From a bacterium (GTDB lineage Bacteria; UBA8248): DNA of 64,000 nt. Below the pieces are notes generated by a model. That model made no database searches and was not told where the DNA came from. It saw nothing but the letters and a program-made list of their open reading frames with translations. The position numbers and the translations under genes were made by a program. The DNA lies in the NCBI GenBank assembly GCA_965200245.1, contig CBDATS010000004.1, positions 1 to 64,000 on the forward strand, given 5' to 3'. Shown here piece after piece: positions 43,330 through 54,280 of the stretch. Numbering within the stretch: position 1 is the stretch's first letter; every line of letters begins with the position of its first letter.

Positions 43330-44481
43330 TTCATCACCTCGACTTCACGCCCAAGATTGTTAAAGGTTTCGGTCCTGGAAACTCCAAGCATCCGAAAGGC
43401 GTCTCGATAGAGCGTTTGTCCTTCGAGCGTACTCACTACAAGCGCGCGGGCGAACCGGCGACTCACACGCGCCAGCGTCATGCTATAGAAATCGCCGCCT
43501 CCGCCTCCGCCTTGAGAGGAGGTTCGCAGACGTTTGATTTCTTCTGTCCAAGCATCCTCAAAACACTCGCGGGTCAGCCAGCCTGCATCAAGCAAACGTC
43601 TCAGAATGACCAACGTGCTAACCTTGAAAATCCGCGCCAGACAGGACAGGGCGTTTTGGAGCGGTTCGCCGTCGCGAAGCCTGGCGCGAAGATCCGCAAG
43701 CGGCACGAGAAGCTCCGCCGCCACGGCGTTGCACCACACCTCCTCATGTCGGAAACCCGGTCCCGGCACGGTCTCAAGGATCGACAAAGCTGATGCTCCA
43801 AGCCAGATATGCGCGAGTTCATGGGCGAGCGTGAACATCTGCGCAGCCTTCGTGTCCGTGCCGTTGACGAAAATCAGCGGCGCGAGGGGATCAGACAGCA
43901 CAAAGCCGCGAAACTCGGCGGGATCGAGACGCCGGTGGTTGTTATTCATCACAACCCCGCTCACCATGACGAGCACACCGGCCTCGTCGGCCTGGCGGAT
44001 GAACAAACGCAAAGCGTCGTTCCAGTTCGGACACTTACGGCGGGCCGCGACATCGAAGCCGAGCGTTTCGCGCATTTCTGGGGCGACGGTTTCAGGCGGC
44101 GTTTCGATCGTGGCGCTGCCGACGAAGCCCGGTTCGGGCTGACGGGTGACCCGGACGAAATTCCGATACCAATTTTGCCGCTCCTGACAGGTGTAGATCG
44201 TGTCCAGGAGGTTCGGACTCGGGCGCGTTACGGCCTGCCCGGCAAAGGTTCGGAAGTCCGGAATGGGCACGGAATTCCTCTGGTGGCTCCGAGAGGAACA
44301 GATAACCGACCGGCGCATGGACAGCGCGTGCGAACGCCTCCACCTGCTTCAGGGTGGGCTGCTCCTGGCCGGCCTCCCACACAGGCAGCTTTTTGAATTT
44401 CACCGCCATATCTCTCTGTGCAACCCCGGCGCGCTCGCGTGCCCAGCGGAGGAGTTTGGGATTGACAGGGACACGGATCAT
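43326..44481 (-). pseudogene. HTH-ImmA/IrrE family metallopeptidase, frameshifted near 44280
   Basis: N-terminus VNPKLLRWARERAG...PTLKQ in one frame; PIPDFRT...FTLAHELAH (HExxH) in another. Confidence 0.85.
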
Positions 44482-44564
44482 GGGCGATCACCTATTATTC
44501 GTGTTGCGAGCTGGCACCGGAGAGATTCCCATAAAGGAGCAAACCGCAACAACAAGGCACCAAC

Positions 44565-44976
44565 CTAGAATGGTATTTCATCAATATCAATGCTCTCGAT
44601 TCGGTTTCCTTGAATGACATAATCTTTCCCTGTCGTCCTTTACAGAAATTCGTGCAGGCGCCAATGGTCATTATCCGACATATGGCATGCTCCAGAAAGC
44701 TGGCTATTCTCTGCATATCCATGCTTGATCCGATCGACTTCATCGCCCGAAAGATGATTGACGATACCATCCATAAGGTCAAAACCGGAGCTCGGTTTCA
44801 GCAAAGCTTAGCGACGCCCAAAAAGCGTCTATCAGCGCACCTTGCAGACACTCCCTACCTAGTTCTTCATACGATATCCTTGCGATTTCAGGCACGGATT
44901 TTTCTGGATTCTCAAGTTTACCTTGCACTGCTTGCAAATCCCCGATAAAACCCTTCGGGTCTTCAGTCTGTAACAT
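44565..44976 (-). pseudogene. Degraded hypothetical gene fragment
   Basis: Protein-like frames joined by a frameshift and a stop, ending ...IDIDEIPF*. Confidence 0.4.
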
Positions 44977-44986
44977 TAGGGAATCA

Positions 44987-45046
44987 CGAGGTTCTCAAGC
45001 CATTCGGGCGCGGCGGTTTCAACGTCGGATTCGGCGAAGCGGGTCA
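44987..45046 (-). repeat. Fossil hsdR 5' end, copy 3
   Basis: 44987-45040 matches 42763-42816 at 53/54 nt; GTG start overlaps the vapC stop ([20 protein letters not shown]). Confidence 0.9.
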
Positions 45047-45463
45047 CATCGAGTCCCAGGGGTTTATGACGTCGAGTTCAAGACCGTCGAAATTCCGGAC
45101 GTTTCTCGTCGCAACCGAAAGGGCATGCGCCATGGCCGTTCCCGCGATCAGCGCATCCCCCATATCCAGGAAGCGACCCGCGCGATGCGCCCGCGCTCTC
45201 AGGGCCGCGGCCCGGGCGGCTTCGAGCCGACCCACCGGTAGCATCCGATCCCCGTATTCCGACACGAACGCAGACAACACCCCTTGGATTCTCTCACGGC
45301 GGCGTCCTCGCGGGAGCAGCTCGACACCGAAATTCAGCTCATGCAGAACGACGGCGGAGAGCCACAGATCATCGCGGGCGGCGAGAAACGCCGTCACCCG
45401 GTCATGCGGCACGTCCTTCGTCAACTCCGAGACAACGTTGGTGTCTAGGAGATATCCGCTCAT
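45044..45463 (-). CDS. vapC: VapC/FitB PIN-domain toxin
   Basis: YLLDTNVVSEL, DALIAGTA, ATRNVRNF. Confidence 0.92.
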   Translation of the reverse strand: MSGYLLDTNVVSELTKDVPHDRVTAFLAARDDLWLSAVVLHELNFGVELLPRGRRRERIQGVLSAFVSEYGDRMLPVGRLEAARAAALRARAHRAGRFLDMGDALIAGTAMAHALSVATRNVRNFDGLELDVINPWDSM

Positions 45464-45744
45464 TCGGACTCGTCGTCCGTGAACGGGATTTCCCTGCCGG
45501 AGCTTCTCGTACCCGGACTTTCCAGATTCACGCCACGCGGCATGTTCTCGACCAACCATCGTCCCATCGATTTACGGGGCGGTTTTTTCGCATACCACTC
45601 CCCGGCGGGCACGACCACGAAGGGCCGCCTCGTCCCGATATGTTGGGGTCCCTCCTCCTCGGCGAGACGCAGCACTTCCGACAGACGCGCCTTGGCCTCC
45701 GCGACGGTCCAGACTCGATGGGGCTTGGAATGCCGTTCCACCAT
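45460..45744 (-). CDS. Phd/YefM-family antitoxin
   Basis: WTVAEAKARLSEVLRLA..EGPQ; ATGA overlap with vapC. Confidence 0.85.
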   Translation of the reverse strand: MVERHSKPHRVWTVAEAKARLSEVLRLAEEEGPQHIGTRRPFVVVPAGEWYAKKPPRKSMGRWLVENMPRGVNLESPGTRSSGREIPFTDDESE

Positions 45745-46065
45745 GATTCCCTCAAAGAAATAATCTAGTCCAATATAGACTATGCACCAACCGACATCAA
45801 GACGTGAATGTGCCGGACGTGACACACTGCCGGAAATCGTGACTCAGATGAGGGCAACGGGGTCGACGACGATGGATGACATCCCCTCTCGATGTGAATT
45901 CATTCTTCATTCTCAAGCTCAAGGCCTGTCGATTTCGATTCTCGCCTCAGGAACCAGTTGAGGAATCGCTCTTGCATCCAGTGATGAATACCGGCCACGG
46001 TTGCCCAAAACAGAGATTAACGAGTGTGGCAACAAGCAGACTATTTAATGGCTGAAGCTCCGTAT

Positions 46066-46500
46066 ACGATATCCGGGCGGCGTTTCTGTTTGTTCTCGAC
46101 AACGGTGAACTAGTTGACCGCCAGCCAGTTACTGTTTACAGAGTCGTCGAAATCCACAGCGCGGACTTGCGTGCTGCGGACCGCGTCGTTATCGCCACGG
46201 TATTTGACCGTGACCCGGTCGACGAGAATCCGGTAGAAGGCACGGTTACGAACCTTCAGCGTCGCCTCTTCTGGACGGGTCAATTTGCGGAAGACTTCGT
46301 CGAGCATCACGGTAGGAAGAGCGGGATTGATCCGCGAAAGCGCGTCGCGCAACCGCCTCTCCAGAACGACCTCGCCATAGCCGCTTCGTTCCTCGGTCGG
46401 CGCGCCGGGGCAACCTCGGGGCCATGAGTGACTTTCCAGCCGATGGCCCCAGACACTTGAGAGCGGTTTCCTCAACATCGGATTCGGTAGTGCAGGGTAT
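46066..46500 (-). pseudogene. Fossil hsdR 5' end, copy 2 (about 430 bp)
   Basis: ESDVEE...[23 protein letters not shown]...RNRAF...NWLAVN*FTVVENKQKRRPDI, collinear with the hsdR N-terminus. Confidence 0.9.
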
Positions 46501-46548
46501 GTGTTTTCCTTTCGTTCACACATTCGGGGCTGTGCTACCCGGACCAAA

Positions 46549-47199
46549 TCAAGGATGTTTCGAGCTTTGCGCCAATGTTGCAGGATCGATGCCTTCAGTT
46601 AGTGGCCAATCCGGGTCAGCCAAAGTGCCCGGATAGTTCCTGATACCCAATTCCCTAGCCACTTTCCAAAAGCACGCAAAATCGATCAACTTTATTCTTT
46701 CATAAAAGTCCGTCACAAAATCCCTGTGCAGGCATGGGAGGACTAGAATCAATGGCGAATCTGTTTCGCCCAATTTAAGTTTGTCCTGAGGAAAGCCGGT
46801 TTCTTTTATCAGTTTCTTCGTGTGATCGTTTGGCGCGAACAGAAGGCAACCCCCAAACGACGGCATGTAGGCATGCGAGAACGCATTTCTGTGAATCTCC
46901 ACTACCTTAAACGCGTGTAAAACTTCATGGTCATCACGCAACTGCGGCCACTCATCTAAAAATTTGCGTATCAACTGACCAAGGGATTGATTCGCCCCGC
47001 TCTTCATGAGCAATTCAGTATACTCACGTGACCCCTTACCGGTTTTCTGCATTTCCTCGTAAACTTCCAAGATACCCATATTGCCCTGTTTCAAAGCGCA
47101 TTTGATGCAAAGGAAATCCCGAAGTCTGCTTTCCACCCATCGAAGATACATGAAGCAGCGACCGGAGGAATGAAGATGATGACCAAACTCGCGAGACAT
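46549..47199 (-). CDS. Hypothetical protein with HEPN-type RxxxxH motif
   Basis: ESRLR...SLGQLI...HRNAFSHA; intact 216-aa ORF with GAGGA RBS. Confidence 0.6.
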   Translation of the reverse strand: MSREFGHHLHSSGRCFMYLRWVESRLRDFLCIKCALKQGNMGILEVYEEMQKTGKGSREYTELLMKSGANQSLGQLIRKFLDEWPQLRDDHEVLHAFKVVEIHRNAFSHAYMPSFGGCLLFAPNDHTKKLIKETGFPQDKLKLGETDSPLILVLPCLHRDFVTDFYERIKLIDFACFWKVARELGIRNYPGTLADPDWPLTEGIDPATLAQSSKHP

Positions 47200-47329
47200 A
47201 GTTCAATTCCTCTTCTTTATCATTCTGACCAACTTTTCTGACTGAGTACAGCACATCTCTGAGAAGCAACCCTCGGTTGTGAAGTTCGACACTATGATAA
47301 CCGATACTGAGACGGTGAAAAGAGAGCAC

Positions 47330-47710
47330 CGCGGTTTCGATATAGTGCCTGGTTTCGCAGCGTCCGGGCCATCAGATCGAGGGTTTCCTGTGCCTCGTCG
47401 AGTCGGCACTCAGCAGACCGCTTCTCGTGTAGTGTATAGCCGCACATTAGATGCTCGCGCAGGGTACGGGTGTATCACTGCCGGAAGCACACACCTCGCT
47501 TGGAATTGACCCGAAACCCGACCGAGACGATGACATCCAGATCATAGTATTTGATTGTGGGGCGGATCCGGTGCCGTCCTTCGGCTTGAACTACCGAGAA
47601 ATCCTCGGCAGTTGACTAGGTCAGCCACACCGTCTCCCGGTCGACATGCACATCGACCCACACCCCGCCGTCTGGGGTTTCGCAGACGACCACTTCGCCA
47701 CAGGGGGGCC
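47330..47710 (-). pseudogene. RhuM-family (virulence/Fic-associated) protein remnant
   Basis: GEVVVCETPDGG...RETVWLT*, then IKYYDLDVIVSVGFRVNSKRG..FR...LREHL..GY. Confidence 0.8.
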
Positions 47711-47779
47711 ACTCGGACGACTCACCGATCACGGGCGGTTACCGCTTCCCTTCCGATCCATCTCGCCCTCTGCAAAGCC

Positions 47780-47975
47780 AATCCGTGGTTGTCGGGCCGA
47801 AACCCGGTTTCATTCGCGCCGGCGCGTCTCGAAGACACCCTTCCAAGACAATCACACCGTGATCGGCACGTTCCGTGCCCAGTGTCTCGGGGACGATGTC
47901 GGGGCCACGGGCGATGCACTAGCCGAGGCCCTCAAGCCTTTCAAGGGCGGTGGTTTCGAACCCGGTTCCGTAAGC
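47780..47975 (-). pseudogene. Fossil hsdR 5' end, copy 1 (most degraded)
   Basis: FETTALERLEGLG*CIARGPDIVPETLGTERADHGVIVLEGCLRDA vs hsd[47 protein letters not shown]. Confidence 0.85.
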
Positions 47976-48015
47976 TGGCTAATTTCGCCGCCTTTCATTT
48001 TGCTTGGCAAGCGGC

Positions 48016-49052
48016 TCAAATGTCATCGATAGATTCAACGGCCAAGACATCTTTTATCTTGTCGATTGCTTTAGGCGAATATCGGGCGTGTTTCACACGG
48101 CCGATTTTGAACTCCTTGCAGGAATCAGTATCTTCACGCAGTTCTAAGTGTTTGACGAGGGCACCAAGTTTCGGTATCGTGATATTAAGTTTTTCAGCTA
48201 ATTGTCTGGCACCGAGACTGTAGAAGTCGAGTTCGTTCACCCGCCGTACCGCAACGACCGCCCCCGCTTCTTCGCTTTCTTCCAATAAATGTACAGGCGT
48301 TCCCTCATTCTTGGTAAGGCGAAGGTTGAGTGTCGGTCCATCATGGTCCGTGGTGATGTTGATTGAGGCCACGCCGGGAAAGATAGACGACCAAACCTCT
48401 CCATCTGCAAGACGCTTGCAGACCTTCTCCAAATCTCTGTCGCTCGGCTGATCATAATCACCATTCACCGCACTCTCCAGCACTGCCAAGCTTCGCGACT
48501 TGGCGACAGCATCCATCTTCTTTCTGGTTCCAGGGATCAAGAGACCTCTTATTTCCTCGACTTCCTTGTCGAACAGGGCAGACAAGTCCTTCGGTGCTGT
48601 CGTGGATATCGGTAGGACGCGCTCCAGCAATTCGAGCACAAGTTTCTTGTCGAACACATCGTCGTGGATATCGCGAAAAAGCATTACTCCAGCCTTTGCA
48701 TAGAAATACAATTGATGTTCGGAAATATCGACAAGGTAGTGCTGGTCAGCGTTCCTTTGCCCGTTGACCGTTTGCAGCGTGAGTGCTTGCTCGTCGGTCA
48801 GAAACTTCAAATTCGTATCGGTCAAGCCCTTTCGGACGCAGGCACTGAATCCGATGGTTTTCTTCTCGCGGGCCCTTCGTATCTTTTCCTGCCGATGTCG
48901 GATCGCCGCCTTGAGAAGCATCTCGAATGAGTGGTCAAGCAAGATGAGGACGGCCTCCGTCCTGCCGCGGTCCCAGTCCTGTTGAAATGGTCAATCGAGA
49001 GCACTAGCGCGTTAACCGCCTTCTTGCGAAGCTAGCGGACTTCCTTCTTCAT
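48016..49052 (-). pseudogene. DUF3644-like protein, early amber plus frameshift
   Basis: MKKEVR*LRKKA...LSIDHFN / WDRGRTEAVLILLDHSFEMLLKAAI...QRNADQH; ATGA overlap with the hsdS stop. Confidence 0.6.
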
Positions 49053-50595
49053 GCCACCGTCTCAACCATCTTCTCCACGTCACGAATACGGATTTCGCCT
49101 GAGATGAGCTTGGGGAGGAGTGTATCTCGGGCTTAGGTGAGAGCGCGGTTTTCGTGGATATTTGTACCCAACCACTCCATCAGAGGTTGCACGACACTCT
49201 GGAAGGCGCATGTGATCCGCTCCGAGGGAAGACAACCTCTATATTGCCCCATGGTCTTCCAACTCGTGCGTGGCATTTTGGTGCCCGTCGAGGTTTGGGT
49301 AGTGTAATTCATGAGCTCGCTTGAGGATAGGCAGACAAGAGTGAAGCCAGCCCACTGAGGTGCTCTCAGGGTTACGACAATAATGTCGGTCGAGCAAATG
49401 CCATCCAGTACTGCGACACCAACTTTGTGAAAGTAGGGCCCCCAATTTTCCGAACAGGGATTCTCCCCTTTGAAAACAGTCTTGTTGCTCATAACCTTTT
49501 TTGCGCTTTCCCACTTAGCAAGCGAGATCGATCCCCGCGGCATATGCTCTAACCCGATGTAGGGTGTACCTTCGGCAACATCTGCTGGATTAACTCCGCG
49601 TCTCGGAGAGACTGCAACATCGGCAAGATTCCCTTGCTTCCAGCCTTCTGGTCTGTCCTCATCATTTAGTTTGTCAGGAAACATCCTCCAAACCTCCGGC
49701 GTCAGATAGGATTCCCGTCCTTCCATCCTGGCTTTCACCGGCCCGAAATCAACGAATCAGTCCTTGAAAATCGCCCACGCCATCGCCTCAAGCGTCTTGT
49801 TCATGCGCCGGTTCAGTTCAATCTTGTCGTCCAGCGTACCCAGGATATGCGCGATGGCGCGTTGTTCAAAGAGAGTAGGGACGGATACAGGAAGAGAATA
49901 AAATTCGTCTCGGCTAGTTGACGGAATCGCCGATCCACTATCCATTCCGTTGATATCTTGAGTTAGTAGTGTGTAGCAAGCCCACCGAAGGTCCATTTCG
50001 ATTTTAGGCCTGAGATAGAACGCTGTATCTATGACAAAAACGGGTCGGGAGAATAGTGAACACATCGATACGCTCCCTTTCGACCCACGATAACACCAGC
50101 GCACTTGCATAAAGCTTCATTATGCCAACCAATCGGTCCGTTAGTGCCGAACACGCGAAACGAACCCTGTGCAGTTTCATAACTCCGAATAGCGCACCCA
50201 TATTCAAGTGTTGCTATGCTGCCCCAGTTCGTTTCGTGCCACTCAGCATGCTCCACTTCGCGCTTCACTGGAATTAGAGCCAACACCACATGATCTCGCT
50301 CGATCACCTCCCGAAAGCTCTCGGATGTACTCGCCCAGTCCACAATGTCCACGCGAAACGGCAGGTCGGATTTGGTGAAAGAGGCTTTCAATTCCGCTAT
50401 GTGGTCGATGCACAAAGTTTCGTCTGTCATCAGTGCGAGGTCCAGATCGGATGTCGCCCGTGTAGCCCAGGATACACGCGAACCAAAGACACGCACTTCT
50501 AGGCCGGGCATGTGCTCACATAGAATGCGTCGCACCGTCTCCAGTTCAGCGGGGGCAATGTCAATCTGCCTCACGGTTGCGCTTTCCGAGTTCAT
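49049..50595 (-). pseudogene. hsdS: Minimal nucleotidyltransferase (MNT)-HsdS fusion, multiple lesions
   Basis: FGSRV...SDLDLA...LPFRVDIVD fused to a TRD (IVGRKG); then EQRAIAHILGTLDDKIELNRRMN, FKD*FVDF, and ALT*ARDTLLPKLISGEIR. Confidence 0.85.
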
Positions 50596-50700
50596 TTAGA
50601 AGAATATGCATGTCGCGGAGAAATCCGTCCATCGCGTCAACGGTCTGCTCCGCTTGGTCCGCGTTACACGGTTGCCTTTTATGTATGAACAAGAACGACA
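50561..50700 (-). pseudogene. HI0074-like (HEPN/NTase-substrate) C-terminal remnant
   Basis: NADQAEQTVDAMDGFLRDMHILLNELGKRN directly upstream of, and overlapping, the MNT start. Confidence 0.45.
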
Positions 50701-50762
50701 TTTGCATGACACTTTTTGCATAAAAGCGAAACGCAAACATGCTTGTGTACCACCAATGATCC

Positions 50763-51884
50763 TCAAGCCCTCTCATCCCCTTCCACAATGGCAAGTAGTT
50801 CGGGAAACGCCAGGATGGCGGCCTTGCGCCCCCGACCTTCAAAGACCGTCTCTAGGATGCCGCCCTCACGTAGGGCGGTCAGAATTCGTCTTGCCGCGGG
50901 CGGTGACTGAATAGCAGGCTGAGTCACGAAATCTGTACTACGAAAAATCGGTCGTTCGAAGATCCAGTCCAGAGCGTAGATGGCATATCGGGAACGGGTA
51001 AGTTCTACGGTGTGGCTCTTCAAAGTATCGTATAGAGAGAGAATTCCCTGCGCTTTGGTGAGATTGTCTTCGGCCTGTTGCCTGACTGCTTCAAGAAAGA
51101 ACCGGCACCAGCCTGTCCAGTCGTCGTCACGAGAGACAGCGAGCAGACCATCGTAGTAGGCTTCGCGGTTAGCTTCAAAATAAGCACTGATATAGAACAT
51201 CGGCGCCCGGATTAGGCCGGATTGCCACAGGAAAAGCGGTACAAACATGCGCCCGAGGCGTCCGTTGCCATCCAAGAACGGGTGCAAGGCTTCGAACTCG
51301 GCGTGCAGAACGGCAAGTTGCACGAGTTTGTCGGGTGCCTCGGCATGGATGTAACGCTCCCATGCGTCCATACCCGAGGGAAGCTCGTTTGCCGCGATGG
51401 GCACGAACCGGGCATCCTCGACAGTACAATGGGGAGAGCCGATCCAGTTGGGGGTGCGCCGATACACACCTGGAGATTTCCCTTGGCCCCGAACCCCGCT
51501 CATCAGGACTTGATGTGCTTCCCGTATGATACGTTGAGAGAGCGGCAACTCTTCCAGAGCTTTTTCTGCTCCGAGCATGGCAGTACGGTAGTTGAGCACC
51601 TCGTGGATATCATCACGGCGTTCAGGCCGGGCAGGTATCTGTCCAGCTTCGAACTGTAGCACCTCGCCCATTGTCGCCTGGGTTCCTTCGATGCGGGACG
51701 AGAGAACGGCTTCTCGCGTGGTCAGCGGCGTAAGCAGGAGTCGCGGATTCGGGACTGCTTCGAGCATGCCGTCATAGCGCGCCAGAGCCGCCACTGCCGG
51801 GCCAATCAACGGGATGAGTTTGGGCCATTCGAGGCGTTCCTCGGGTGGGAACCTACCGATGTGATAGTGGACGGCCGACATCAC
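50763..51884 (-). CDS. Fic family protein
   Basis: EAVLSSRIEG inhibitory motif and HPFLDGNGRLGR catalytic motif. Confidence 0.92.
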   Translation of the reverse strand: MMSAVHYHIGRFPPEERLEWPKLIPLIGPAVAALARYDGMLEAVPNPRLLLTPLTTREAVLSSRIEGTQATMGEVLQFEAGQIPARPERRDDIHEVLNYRTAMLGAEKALEELPLSQRIIREAHQVLMSGVRGQGKSPGVYRRTPNWIGSPHCTVEDARFVPIAANELPSGMDAWERYIHAEAPDKLVQLAVLHAEFEALHPFLDGNGRLGRMFVPLFLWQSGLIRAPMFYISAYFEANREAYYDGLLAVSRDDDWTGWCRFFLEAVRQQAEDNLTKAQGILSLYDTLKSHTVELTRSRYAIYALDWIFERPIFRSTDFVTQPAIQSPPAARRILTALREGGILETVFEGRGRKAAILAFPELLAIVEGDERA

Positions 51885-53431
51885 TACCGCCCGAATCCCA
51901 ATTCTTCAAAGTTCACCTTGATGACCTTGCCCAGTCTCGCGCCCTCTGCATGCTGCTCTCCAAGCTGAGTGACGAGCCGCTTCATCTTCTCCTCGAAGGA
52001 CTCATCGTCATCTTCCTGTGGCGGCGCGCCCACGTAGCGGCCGGGGGTGAGCACATAGCCGTGCTTTCGCACCTCCTCCATCGTCACGCTCCTGCAAAAA
52101 CCGGGAACGTCGGCGTCTGCGTTCTCACTGCTTCGCCATGCATGATAGGCACCGGCAATGCGGGCGATATCCTCATCCATCAACTCACGGTGGGTGCGGT
52201 CAACCATACGGCCGAACGTACGGGCGTCGATGGACAGAATCTCACCGACTCGCTTCCGGTCGCGTGCCAGGAACCACAGGCAAGTGGGAATCTGCGTCGA
52301 GTAGAAAAGCTGTCCCGGCAGGGCGACCATGCAATCCACGAGGCCCGCCTCGATCAGGTTCTTGCGAATCTCGCCCTCTCCCGACTGGGCCGAGGACATC
52401 GAACCGTTCGCCAGCACGATACCCGCCACACCACCCGGTGCCAGGTGATGAACCATGTGCTGCACCCAGGCGAAATTGGCGTTTCCCTTCGGCGGAACAC
52501 CGTATTGCCAGCGCTTGTCTTCCGTAAGCCGCTCTCCGCCCCAGTCAGAGACGTTGAAGGGAGGATTAGCGAGAATGAAATCCGCCTTGAGATCCGGGTG
52601 CCGGTCGTCGTGGAAGCTGTCTCCGTGCTCGATCCGGCCCTCGATGCCGCGTATGGCAAGGTTCATCTTCGCCAGACACCAAGTGGTGTAGTTCGATTCC
52701 TGACCCCAGATCGAGATATCACCGTACGCCCTGCCACCGTTGCCGTTGCCGTGTGCCCGGATGAACTCCACCGACTGTACGAACATGCCCGAGGAACCGC
52801 AGCAGGGGTCGTAGACCAGGCCCCGGTAGGGTTCCAGCATCTCGACGAGGAGCCTGACGACGCAGTGCGGGGTGTAGAACTCGCCGCCCTTCTTCCCCTC
52901 TGCACTTGCGAACTGCGACAGGAAATACTCGTAGACGCGGCCCAGAACGTCCCGCGAGCGCGCATCCGCATCACCTACCCGGATGTTGCCGATCATGTCG
53001 ATGAGCTGGCCAAGGCGCACCTTGTCGAGCGCCGGGCGGGCATAGTCCCTGGGCAGTACCTCCTTGACCGCGGGATTCTCGCGCTTGATAGCCGCCATGG
53101 CGTCATCGACAATTTGGCCGATGGAGGGTTGGCGCGCCTGGGCCCTGAAATGGCCCCAGCGGGCATCCGGCGGGACCCAGAAGATGTTCTCGGCGAGATA
53201 CTCGTCACGATCCTCGGCAGCCTCCGCACCCCATTCTGTCAGAACAGAAGCGTGGTGTTCCTCGAAGGCGTCGGAGATGTACTTGAGGAAAATCAGACCC
53301 AGGACGACATGCTTGTATTCCGCGACATCCATCGAGCCGCGCAGGGTGTCAGCCATCTGCCAAAGTTCGCGCTCATGACCTGTCACGGCTCCGGTGTCAG
53401 ATTTTTGGGTCTTTGATCCTCTTCGTGCCAT
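51884..53431 (-). CDS. hsdM: Type I R-M methyltransferase subunit M
   Basis: [30 protein letters not shown]. Confidence 0.95.
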   Translation of the reverse strand: MARRGSKTQKSDTGAVTGHERELWQMADTLRGSMDVAEYKHVVLGLIFLKYISDAFEEHHASVLTEWGAEAAEDRDEYLAENIFWVPPDARWGHFRAQARQPSIGQIVDDAMAAIKRENPAVKEVLPRDYARPALDKVRLGQLIDMIGNIRVGDADARSRDVLGRVYEYFLSQFASAEGKKGGEFYTPHCVVRLLVEMLEPYRGLVYDPCCGSSGMFVQSVEFIRAHGNGNGGRAYGDISIWGQESNYTTWCLAKMNLAIRGIEGRIEHGDSFHDDRHPDLKADFILANPPFNVSDWGGERLTEDKRWQYGVPPKGNANFAWVQHMVHHLAPGGVAGIVLANGSMSSAQSGEGEIRKNLIEAGLVDCMVALPGQLFYSTQIPTCLWFLARDRKRVGEILSIDARTFGRMVDRTHRELMDEDIARIAGAYHAWRSSENADADVPGFCRSVTMEEVRKHGYVLTPGRYVGAPPQEDDDESFEEKMKRLVTQLGEQHAEGARLGKVIKVNFEELGFGR

Positions 53432-53860
53432 GGCTCTTTCATTCCGCTTTGGGCAAAGAATCACAGAGGGTTTTTACTTCATTGAACAATGGCCATAGCA
53501 ACTCGTCAGACATATCGATAATCGGTTCGTACTTAAATGAGTTAATATGAATATTCTCTAGCGTCATTCTTCAACTCGATCTTTACTCGGCCCATGCTAA
53601 ACTCTCTTACTATAATAATATGTCCCGAGGGGTTTGAAGAATCACATCTTGCCACTGAATTCTTGACTCACGCAAGCAATCCTCCCACGACTTTGAAACT
53701 CCAAAATTCATTCTTGAGGAAAACCGGTATGACTTGTGCCGTGCGTTATGGGGGTTGGAGTCTTACCTCCATAATTGGGCATAGTGTTGAAGAGATACCC
53801 GACCTTCAAGGGAGAAGGAACTACAACCTTCCCCATATGAAATAAATACGACTCATCTTC

Positions 53861-54235
53861 TTAAACCGGAATATACGCCCCGCGGAACTCCAGAAGGTCA
53901 TCGCGCCGGGGACTGAATATCTGGAGGTCCTGGGAGCCGTCCTCAATCGCCTTGAGCCAGTGCTCGACGTTCGACTTGCACACCACCACCTCGCCCGCGC
54001 CGACCTCACACTCGTCCTCACCCTCAACGCGGAACAAGAAGCGTCCGCGCTGGATGAAAGACATCTGCTCGTGGGGATGCCTGTGGGCGGCGACTTCCGA
54101 ACCCTCCGAGAACGTCCAGAGCGCGAGCGTCTGGTTCTCACCCACGATCATCTGCAGTTCGATAACGCTCTCGGGCGGGATATTCTCATGGATGATGCGC
54201 ATTTTCGGAATCTCGTCCCATCGCTGGAAGATCAT
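53861..54235 (-). CDS. Cupin domain protein
   Basis: HRHPHEQ...G...H motif. Confidence 0.85.
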   Translation of the reverse strand: MIFQRWDEIPKMRIIHENIPPESVIELQMIVGENQTLALWTFSEGSEVAAHRHPHEQMSFIQRGRFLFRVEGEDECEVGAGEVVVCKSNVEHWLKAIEDGSQDLQIFSPRRDDLLEFRGAYIPV

Positions 54236-54280
54236 GGTCCCCTCCTTTTTCCTGAAAGGATTGTTCGCCGTATATCGCCC

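Noticed and set aside
47330-47500. Hairpins suggesting an ncRNA
   Set aside because: Explained by the RhuM-family coding remnant on the minus strand.
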